From Phyllobates terribilis (lineage: Eukaryota), in NCBI RefSeq assembly GCF_046119375.1, contig NW_027362765.1, positions 93,372,001 through 93,436,000 on the forward strand: a DNA stretch of 64,000 nucleotides. Direction: 5' to 3'. The notes beneath the pieces are model-generated. The model did no database searches. It was given only the letters and a program-made list of their open reading frames with translations, and was not told the origin of the DNA. Position numbers and translations under genes: made by a program. Shown here in pieces: positions 53,975 to 64,000 of this stretch. The stretch's first letter is position 1. Each line of letters opens with the position of its first letter.

Positions 53975-54806
53975 ACACACGGGCCCCGCCAGCCTCCATG
54001 CTCCAAACCGTAGCTGCAGCCGGATACACAGGCCCTTGTGACGTCATAACGCAAGCCTTTAAGAACGTTCCAATTGGCCAATAAGAACGCGCGTTCATAA
54101 GTGTCGCCAGTGGGGGGGAAGAAGGCGGCCATATTAATGGTTTGACAAAAAAAAACTACCTTGCTCTAAAAACACATTTGTTTCCACTTCATCGATATTT
54201 ATGTTTTAGAATCAAATATCAAACTGATAATGAAAAATATATATGGAGAGTTGCGCCAGCCATATCAACCAATCAGAACTTCGCTTTTATTTTCAATAAA
54301 TTAATTGAAAATTAAACAAGGATTCCGATTGGTTGATCTTGAGCAACAAACTGAGACTGTCAGCATTACACATTAGATACGAGGTGTAAATGTGTATACT
54401 GCCTCTACCAACAAGGCACTCATATCCATCTTGGAGGATCCAGCCAATCACGAAGCACAAACCTGTCCACGTGATCCTGCACGTCGCCTCATCTACGTCG
54501 CCATTTTATTGGAGTGTATGCGTGTTTTTGCGGGGTTTTTTAAGTACGTGTACTAGCAGTCTCCATAACGGCTATATTGTAATGCTTGAGAGATGTTCAG
54601 TGACAATATAGAAGCCGTTAAAGTACTTTTGCCGCTACGAATATGGCGGCGCTCTCATTCCCAGGGACAAGTCCTTTCAGCCAATCACAGTGGCAAAGGT
54701 GTGGCCATGTGACCGTCACTTGTGAGATGACGTCATACGTGCAGTCCAGGGTCAGGGACCTCATGTGGATGAGGAGTGAGGTGTAATGTGATCCCAGGAG
54801 CAGCAG
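53975..54806. promoter_or_regulatory. Bidirectional promoter FAM104A / C17orf80
   Basis: CRE TGACGTCA (54039-54046, 54728-54735), several CCAAT boxes, YY1-like AATATGGC (minus 54128-54135; plus 54640-54650), CpG enrichment, and a candidate non-coding exon donor CAG|GTAAAT at 54806. Confidence 0.7.
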
Positions 54807-55410
54807 GTAAATCCCGGCGCAGCCTCTCCCCTGCTTGAGGAACGGGGGCTGAGCTGTGGGTGACCCCACATATTCAATTACATGAGGCCATGGTTTCTGA
54901 CAGTGATCACCCAATAGTGTAGGAATAAAGTGCAATCCTCGCATCTTGGAAAGGTTAGGAACTTTCTGATAGACTTTGTCTTTCATTTCCTCACTATTTC
55001 CAAGCTCTCTGCTTGCAGTCAGTGAACCGGGACACATCTTTATGCTGAGAGATCCTGAAAAGGTGCGTAACGGGGTCTTGGGTCCCTTTATTTAGGATAC
55101 GCACTGCACCCCCTGTACAAACACCAAAGTACATTTTTCCTTTTAAACAGACCCCTTTTATAAAAAAAACAAAACACCCTTTTATGAACCCCCAGACCAG
55201 CCCCTTTTTATATAGCCCACACCGACCAATCCTCTACAGCCTTATTGAACACCCCCCCCACCTTGTACCCACCTGATCACTTAGACCAGTTCCCTCTCTT
55301 TCTAAAGACCCCCTAAACCACCCCAACCTTTAAAAGGATCGCGTAGACCAGCAGATATGAAGACCAGTCTGACTCTTTGTACAGATCGCACCAATCTCCC
55401 ACATTCTTTT

Positions 55411-55628
55411 TACAGACCCCCAGATCAGCCACCACCTTTATACTGATCCCCAGATCAGCCACCTACCTTTATACCGATCCCCAGATCAGCCACCTACCTT
55501 TATACCGATCCCCAGATCAGCCACCTACCTTTATACCGATCCCCAGATCAGCCACCACCTTTATACAGACCCCCAAGCCAGCCACCACCTTTATACAGAC
55601 CCCCAGATCAGCCACCACCTAAATACAG
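55411..55628 (+). repeat. 30-31-bp minisatellite (~7 units) in the C17orf80 5' intron
   Basis: CCCCAGATCAGCCACC(T)ACCTTTATAC(C/A)GA(T/C) units, degenerating towards ~55810. Confidence 0.88.
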
Positions 55629-56305
55629 AACCCCGGGCCAGCCCCCTACCTTTATACAGATCCCCCAAGCCAGCCCCCTAACTTTATTCAGATACCAAGA
55701 ACAGTCTGACTCTTTATACATTTCACAACAGTCAATCCCCCACATTCTTTTTAAGGCCCCCACCTTTATATACAGACCCCCCAGTCCAGTCCTACTCTTT
55801 ATACAGATAATTACTCCTACATCCCTACACGTCTTTTTACTCCCGGTCACCGACAACATCCAGACACTGGGAGTGGCCCGGAGAGGGATTAGTGCTGCAG
55901 AACTTCTCATAATACTGTGATAGTCGGGTGTCCCACCACTAAGACCCAAAGCAAGCAGGGGAGCAGGCCCGCGTGGCACCCATTCATATTGTAAGGCGGC
56001 TGCCACATCTAGACATCGTGAAGGCTAATTCCCATGGCTGTTTTACAGCCTCAATTCTTGACCCCACCATCATACAGTTCCCTTCCCTTAGGCGACTAGG
56101 GTAAACTAAGCTTGCGCAGCCACCTTTGTATTCATTCCCTGCCTCAATGTGGTGGCTGCTCCACCAGGTAGGACATGGATCAGGAACCTTCATTCCCATA
56201 TCAGGTGGAGGACCAAGAGATCTGACGTCTCCCCCTCCCTTTTAACCATTACTAAACACTGTGGTTATAACCCCTGAAACTTCGTTCTTTTTTTTCCCTT
56301 CAGTG

Positions 56306-59300
56306 ATGAAAGAACCATCTTCTCCAATGGACGTTTGCCCGTTTTGCGGGAAGGCTTTTAAGAGGCTGAAATCCCATTTACCTCATTGTAAGATGGCTGA
56401 AACCAGTGACAAAACTGCAGGGTCAGAGCCTGGAGATCAAAGTAGGACTGCCAAACAGGTGCCCATGAAAAGAACGGGGATATCTTTACCAAATATAGAT
56501 AGACAGGACATGAAAGCCAAAGGGAAAAGTAAGACAGGAGTCAAAATTCAAGTTCTGCAAGACAAAACCATATCCTCATCACGGACGACAGCAATGAAAG
56601 TTGGAAAAGTCACATCAGGGAATATGTTGACCCAGAAGAAAGCTGTAGCAATCATCGAAGAGTCCAAGAAAGTTCTACAGACAGCCATGAGGACAAATCA
56701 GATGGTTACCTTACCAAAAGAGCAAGATCAACAGCTGATGACGTTGACAGAACCTCTTGTGCCAATCCAGCAGGCCCTTATATTAAGCCCCAAACTTGAG
56801 AGATCGGTACCAATTACTGTGGAAAGTCCAAGACTGGGCAAGACTGAGACTGTGAGAGACCAAGTCAGTACTAAAAATTTTGAAGGAGATTTGCTTCGAT
56901 TATCCGTGCCCAATCAGATCTCAGAAAAAGACGTCGTAGAGAATTCAGATGGGGTACGGCCTTATGAACAGATGGACCAAAATTTTGCTTCAAGGTTTCC
57001 TTCAGGATTTACCAAGGCTTTGATGGTTTTCAAGTGGTCCACCAACCCTTCTCAGGAAGGAGTTAAAACACAAATACCGGGAATATCTCCAACTGGGTGC
57101 AATATAAAAGCTGAAATGCATGACTGTGACACATTTGGGACTACCGGGAAGTATAGGGAGCTCAAGATGGACATGTTAATCCCACCCAAAACCGTGCAGA
57201 TAGTCGATGGTCCCTTAGGGCTGCAGTGGATTCCTCAGTTGTATCCCAATTATGTCCAATTGTGCATAGTTCCTGGAAGACAAGATCAATGGGATCCACT
57301 TGGTAGAAGAGCAGGGATGCCAGACCCGATGGGAAGTCTACCTGGTAGTGTACCACCATGGTTAGATTGCTTGGATCCTACAAGGATCCCTCATTCTTTT
57401 TATGCTCTTTGGGTCATTTTCTTTCTCTCTGTCCATAGAAGTTTCCAAGATTGCTCGTACCATGTCCATTCTAAGAAACCAGTCTATATCCAAGCGCCTG
57501 ATGGATGTCAGACTCGGGGAGCTTCCATTCTGGTTGGCCAACCATAGCTTTACACCAAAGAACCTTCCAACTTTTATGGCAAATGGTGAGAGAGCAAGTT
57601 ACCTTATTTGTCCTGCGGAGGAGCTGCAGGAGAATTGAACACTCGTGGTCAGGTTCTTTCACTGATCAGTGGAAAATTTTTGGTTACCCTTACTATTAAA
57701 ATGGATTGACTAAAGTGGAGAACCCTTTTAAGTCAATGATGGCGCTAGTCTTCTTAGGCATCTCACTACCAGGTCTTTGTCTTTTACAAGCTGGAAGCCA
57801 AGGGGAATTTCCAAATTGGTTAATATTGCTATCTAAGGGTTCTCTACCATCACTAAATCCATTTTTAATAATCCATAATATCTGAAAGATTCCTGTTAAG
57901 GGGATATTTCTATCCAAGAACATTATGGTATATCGTCATAACTAGAGATGAGCGATTAATTTAGAGTGGAATAGATTTCTACAAAACTCAGCATTTGCCA
58001 AAATGTGGCTTTTTAGTAATTTGATTAGGCGCATTCAGCAAAATTCTGAACCGTATGAGGCCATCAAAAAATTAAGAAATCCTTATACTCACCTTACCGA
58101 TCACCTCTCCAGCCCGCATTGTCACCCGACCGGTCCTTGTCGCATCTACTGCTTGCGCCAAAACCCCCGGGCCTCTCACAGAGATTGTTCTGTGCATGCG
58201 CACACCAGGTCACAAAGCATATCATGACATTTCACGCATTTGCGCAGAATCCCTCCAGGCCTCAGAGTCTGAAGTCCCGGCTCACTCAGAAAGGCTTGAG
58301 GATTTCAACGCAAGCAGCGAGAGATCAGAAGACATGACGAGGACTGGACGGCTGATGGTGAGAAGCAGGGGCTGAAGAGGTGAGCATAAGGATTTTTTTT
58401 TTTATGTTTTTGCATAATTTTTTTTTAAACTAGATTCAACAACATACTAAGGGACATTAAATTGGCAGAGAATAACTTCTCCTGGATTAGAATTTCCCAG
58501 GAAAAAACACACAGACATATCAAATTTTGCCTGATCCGCATAAAATTTAGGTCAGTGAGGTCCTCCAAAATCAGTGAATGAGCCTGTAACCATTTGAGTG
58601 GATTGTCAAGGAATTGAGAAATATAGCTACTTTCTTCAAGAAACAGCGCCACATCAACCACAGGTTTGGGTGTGATATGACAGATTATCCCAATTCACAA
58701 AACTAGTCATCCGCGGACACATGGGTGCAGTTTTTGAAAGAAAGCAACATTTTTCTAATACTCTACAACCCCCATTAAGAGCAGTTCATTCATTCTGAGG
58801 GGTAGCCATAGCAGTTGGATCCGATTAGGAGGATATATCTTTATCCTTGTGATAAGACCTGTCACTTGCTCAAAAAAATTGAGTTAAATATCTTGTAAAA
58901 ATCCCTGAGCTCCCCTGATTCTGCCGCCATTTTTAGTTTTGCGCTGCGTCCTTCCATTGCAGAGATATTCACATTTGTTTCTTCTGGAGTGCACTATATG
59001 AAATCTCTGCTTTGTAGTACAGCTGGGTGTTTCTTCAGAGCCTTCTCTGTGGGTGTATACTTTCATTTTTCCCTTGAGAAGCAGCCAATCACAACTCAGC
59101 AGGGTCTAAGAATGCTAGATCATCTGCCAAACTGTGGCTGCTTCTGTGAGGGAGGGAGGGGTGAAAGTGCACGCCCACAGAGAGGACTCTGAAGAAACTC
59201 ACAGTTGTACTGCAAAGCAGAGATTTCACATAGTGCGCTCCAGAAGAAACTACTGTGAATATCTCTGCAATGGAGTGTCACATTGCAAAACGGAAAAGAG

Positions 59301-59910
59301 TGGCAAAATCAGGGGAGCTCACGGATTTTTACAAGATATTTATCTCAAGTTTTGAGCAAGTGACAGGTTCTCTTTAAAGGGGTTGTTCATAATGTTTCAA
59401 AACAGATATAATTCCAGGTCCTTAGCCTTTCCACTACCTAATCAAACTCCAGCTGCCTTGCTGTTTCTGAAGTGCTGATATCACGTCCATTGTTTACCTG
59501 ACGGTTGCAGTCAATCACTTACATCAGTGGTCAAGCTAGCACGTATGGTGGACGTGACGTCTCTGCTGCAGGACAGCGTAGCTGGAAGGGCAAACTTTTA
59601 ATTAGGCAGGTAATTTATTATTATTATTTTACATACCATTTCCTGACCAGAGCCCAAATTTTGAAAAAATCCTGGACCGCCCTTTATTGCCAGTTTAAAT
59701 AGAGGTTTATTATGTTTCAGAGGATAAGGACACAGTTTAGTTAACCCTTTCCTTTTTACATCTAACATTTTACATCCATGTAACTTTTTCCAGCTTGGGG
59801 ACGATACTACAACAAGTACATCAATGTGAAGAAGGGCGGCGCGGGAGGGCTGACCATGCTTCTTGCGGGTTACTGTGTTCTCAGCTATTCCTGGAACTAC
59901 GACCACATAA
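56306..59910 (+). CDS. C17orf80: C17orf80 / MTNAP1 mitochondrial nucleoid-associated protein (3' partial)
   Basis: join(56306-57344,57439-57585,59794-59910,...). N-terminus MDVCPFCGKAFKRLKSHLPHCK. C-terminus resembles ATP synthase subunit f: KRLMDVRLGELPFWL...WGRYYNKYINVKKGGAGGLTMLLAGYCVLSYSWNYDHI. Phase-1 introns are consistent. Terminal exon not found in the window. Confidence 0.92.
58855..59373. mobile_element. MITE with ~125-bp imperfect TIRs in a C17orf80 intron
   Basis: ACCTGTCACTTGCTCAAAA...CCATTGCAGAGATATTCACA versus TGTGAATATCTCTGCAATGG...TTTTGAGCAAGTGACAGGT; right end followed by TTAA. Confidence 0.75.
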
Positions 59911-60194
59911 GTATGATTACTTCAATGTAATCCTAAGGTTGCCTTTTATGCCCGGCTTTGTTCCCATTTTGACAACCCCAGTGGCTACCATTTTGTGTAT
60001 ACAGCTCCTGCGTAGAACTATGCATCTCCATGTCACACATCCCTTCATCTGTTCCCTGAGTGTTGCTAACATACAGTCAGGAAATACAGAGGGGAGCATG
60101 TATGAAGGATCTGACTACACAGAGTCTTATTTGTAGTCTGTAACCATAGAAACACACAGCAAACATATAGCTTTTTTGCTGTACTGTAGGTTAA

Positions 60195-60531
60195 AGGAAC
60201 TGTCTACTTTTGGGGACAGTTTTTTTTTACTTAAATTCATGTATTTGGGGCTAAAAATTATGTTTGCAATTGCAATTACCTTCTTGCGTTGCACTATCTA
60301 TTGCTGGCTGCAGAATGAGTTAACTGAGAATCCGTCAGTGAGCTGGTTTTAATGATTTGACAGTAGTTTATAAATTTTACCTGTCCGATCACATCAAAGA
60401 TGAATGTGCAGGGAAACCTGTAAAAGCCAAACTGCAAAATATTTAATGAAACTCAATGGCAAAAATTATTTTAAGTCCCAAATACATTTTTTTCCTAGTA
60501 AAAAAAAAAGCCACAAAAGTGGATAATCCCT
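60195..60531. mobile_element. Kolobok/T2-like MITE
   Basis: TTAA|AGGAACTGTC...GATAATCCCT|TTAA, same family as 50872-51239. Confidence 0.7.
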
Positions 60532-61982
60532 TTAAAAATTATCGGTTACTGGGTTGTCCAGGATTAGAAAAATCCAGCAGCCCTTTTCCAAAAGCTGTGG
60601 CCACCCTATTCATGGGTTTGTGTCTGGTATCGCAGCTCAGCTTCACTGAAGTGATTGGGACTGAGATGCAAAACCATATGCAACCTGTGGATTGGGGTGG
60701 TGCTGGTTTTTGGAAACAGGTGGCCACAGTAATAACTGAACCCCAAAAAGTACCAGCAGCAAGGAAAAACGTTATGGGCACCCCCTATTGGGTAGTCATA
60801 GGCCTCAGATTGGCCCTGATATACAGCACACACAGCCGGAATAAAGCGCGTGCGTATGAAGGCGGACACATGTTAGCGCCATATTCCTGCCACTCCTGAT
60901 CTGATTGAAGCCTGACAGTCAGTAATAACATCTCCCGCCCGGAGATATTCGGGGTTTTGCTCACCTGAAGGCAATAGAGGGATCAGATCCATAGAACCCG
61001 TGTAAAGCAAAGCCCGGAGCTATCTGCATATTAACGCTCAGAGAGGATATCACATTACCATGGAGAGCACTTCATGCCCAGCACGGGCCGCTCCGGTAAA
61101 TCACGTTTCATTGCGGACCATTATATTGCAACAGCTGGAAGGAAAACATTAACTCCGCGCACAGCAATGTATTCCTGGAGCCATAAAAAAGCAATACATC
61201 TCATCCAGCCCGAAAGACTGAATTAACTGGAGACTGCAGAATAAAACAGCGAGCAAGCGCTCCTTCCAGAGACGTGCTGGGTCGTATATTCATATTCCAG
61301 GCTGCGTACAAAATCCTGGTTATTTATTTATTTTTATAAAATTTTCCGAACGCTGCAATTTTAGAGCAATTTCGGAAGAATCGCAGCACAATAAAAATGC
61401 AGCTTTCATACCACGAATTTGCAAACCTGTCGATTTAGCAAATTGTGCAAGTAAATTAGGTTTTTCCATCTGTCCTGTTGCTGCCCTCTCTGTATGGGAC
61501 GAGTCAGATGGCTGTATACCTAGGACGAGGATTGCAATGCAATTCTCGGACTGGCTGAATAACAATTTAATTGTTATTGTTAAAAAAAAAAACAGAACAA
61601 ACTGAGCTTTACTCACCCTCCCCGGGTCCAGCACCGAGCGTCCGCAGTGCTGCCGTCACATCGACGGCACTGCCACCTACTCAGGCAAATACTGTCAACG
61701 TGACGTCAGCACTGCAGACATTAAAAGACACTGGAAGTAGCGTCGGAGTTCTGGACCAGGGATGGTGATTAAAAAACAGCATCTGGGACACAGGGATTTT
61801 CTGAAACTGGAAAAACCCTTTAATCTGTGATAAGCAGCTACCAAATACCATAGGTGACGCTTATCCTAAAGGGAAAACAACAGGGTCGAATGGATTAAAA
61901 ACAATCTTCCAAAAAAATATAATTATATTCATAAAAAAAAAATATATAGTCAGCCACCAATTGTGCAAGTTCTCCCACTTAA

Positions 61983-63237
61983 CCCCTTCACGACCTTGCT
62001 CCCCTTCTTCCCAGAGCCATAGCGTTTTTATTTTTTGGTCAATATGGCCATATGAGGGCTTATTTTTTGCGGGACGAGTTTTACTTTTAAACACCATTAC
62101 TATTTTTGCCATATCATGTACTGGAAAACGGGAAATAATTCCAAGTCCGGTGAAATCGCAAACAAAAATGCAATTCCTTCCACAGTTGTTATTTGTTTTT
62201 TTTTCTTTCCACGTTCACTGGATGCTAAAACTAACCTGCCATTCTTATTCTCCAGGTCATTACAGGTCATTACAAGTTCGTAGACACCAAACATGTATAG
62301 GTTCTTTTTTATTTAAGTGGTGAAAAAAAAATCCAAAGTTTGCTAAAAAAATTTAAAAAAACTGGCGCCATTTTCCGAGACCTGCAGCCTCTCCATTTTT
62401 CGGGATCTGGGGCCGGGTGAGGGCTTATTTTTTGCGCGCCGGGCTATTGTTTTTATTGATACAATTTTGGGGTAGATACGAAGTTTTAATCGCCCGTTAT
62501 TGCATTTTATTGCAATGTTGCGGCGACCAAAAAAATGTAATTCTGGCGTTTGGATTTTTTTTCTCGTTACGCCGTTTACTGATCGGATTAATTATTTTTT
62601 TATATTCATAGAACGGGCGATTCTGAACGCGGCGATACCAAATATGTGTATGTGGGTTTTATTTTTTATTTTATTTTGAATGGGGCGAAAGGGGGGTGAT
62701 TTAAACTTTTATATTTTTTTATTTTTTTAAAAAAACATTTTTTTTTTACTTTTTGCATGCTTCAATAGTCTCCATAGGAGACTAGAAGCAGCAACTGTCT
62801 GATCGCCTCTGCTACATAGAGGTGATGAACAGATCGCCTTTATGTAGCAGAAATGCTCCTGTACTATGAGCGCCGACCACTAGGTGGCGCTCATAGTAAT
62901 CTTTACATGACAACCACTGGAGTCTGCTGCAGACCTAGGGTTGTCACGACCACCCATCGGTGACCCGCGATCACGTGACGGGGTCACCGATGGGCGGGGC
63001 TAATGCCGCACTTCCGGCGCGGCGATGTTAAATGCCGCTGTTAGAGATTGACAGCGGCATTTAACATGTTAATAGCCGCGGGTGGATCGTGATTCCACCC
63101 GCTGCTGTTGCGGGCACATGTCAGCTGTGAGAATCAGCTGACATGTGCCCGGTTCAGTATGGGCTCACCGCCGGAGCCCTCACTGAACCGGGGGTGATGG
63201 CCTGGGGCGTACTAATACGCCCCAGGCCAGTAAGGGG
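61983..63237 (+). mobile_element. TTAA-flanked piggyBac-like non-autonomous element
   Basis: TTAA|CCCCTT ... AAGGGG|TTAA with internal palindromes (63024-63068, 63112-63151). Confidence 0.75.
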
Positions 63238-63241
63238 TTAA

Positions 63242-64000
63242 AAAGATGAGAAAGGCCTGTAACTTACATCATAGGTAGACCTCAACTATGAGAGACAAAA
63301 TGAGAAAACAAATCCTGAAAATCACATTGTCTGATTTGGAAAGAAATTTTCCACCAAAATTTGAAAAAAATAAGTATTTGGTCAATTACAAACAAGCAAG
63401 ATTTCTGGCTGTCACAGACCTGTAACTTCTTCTTTAAGAGGCTCCTCCGTCCTCCACTCATTACCTGTAGTGCTGGCACCTGTATGAACTTGTTATCAGT
63501 ATAAAAAGACTCCTGTCCGCAACCTCAAGCAGTCAGACCCCAAACTCCAAACAAAATTGTAGCCCTGCACCAGGCTGGGAAGACTGAATCTGCAATAGGC
63601 AAGCAGCTTGGTTTGAAGAAATCAACTGTGGGAGCAATAATTAGAAAATGGAAGACATACAAGACCACTGATAATCTCTCTCGATCTGGGGCTCACCCCG
63701 TGAGGTCAAAATGATCTCAAGAACGGTGAGCAAAAATCCCAGAACCACATGGGGGGACCTAGTGAATGACCTGCAGAGAGCTGGGACCAACGGTACACAG
63801 GTTACCATCAGTAACACACTACGCCGCCATGGACTCAGATCCTGCAGTGCCAGACTTGTGCCCCTGCTTAAGCCATTACATGTCCGGGCTCTGAAGTTTG
63901 CTAGAGAGCATTTTTATGATCCAGAAGAGTATTGGGGGAATGTAATATGGTCAGATGAAACCAAAGTAGAACTGTTTGGTAGACACACAACTCGGCGTGT
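63242..64000 (+). mobile_element. Second, unrelated Tc1-like transposon (5'-truncated, degenerate, runs off the window)
   Basis: [46 protein letters not shown] and VIWSDETKVELFG, with deletions and frameshifts. Confidence 0.85.

Noticed and set aside
57345-57547. C-terminal part of the 428-aa ORF 56261-57547 as a true protein end
   Set aside because: Read-through of a 94-bp GT-AG intron; the spliced frame gives the conserved subunit-f-like sequence.
59911-64000. Terminal coding exon of C17orf80 (expected short ...RKYH*-like peptide)
   Set aside because: No matching acceptor plus peptide found by eye; probably beyond the window.

Overview
Vertebrate (anuran-like, by inference from the repeat families) genomic DNA with one assembly gap (21510-21646). 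The first ~30 kb is a nested transposon cluster. It contains a SINE split by a solo LTR, a fold-back element split by a full-length minus-strand Gypsy element (G1, 3094-18826) that is itself split by a related plus-strand Gypsy element (G2, 6863-14703), and two more solo LTRs. It also contains a TTAA-flanked MITE holding a pol-less LTR element (G3, 23916-30098), which carries a degraded cold-shock-domain ORF and a DD38E Tc1-like transposon. The last ~31 kb holds the conserved syntenic trio COG1 (+, 14 coding exons, 33225-43358), FAM104A/VCF1 (-, 3 coding exons, 45889-53967) and C17orf80/MTNAP1 (+, from 56306, last exon not found in the window), with intronic minisatellites, MITEs and an L2-type LINE relic. 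The most interesting candidates are (1) the cold-shock-domain-carrying non-autonomous LTR element and (2) truncated copies of each element's own tRNA primer-binding site embedded inside the LTRs of four LTR families. All alignments and counts were made by eye; no database searches were run.
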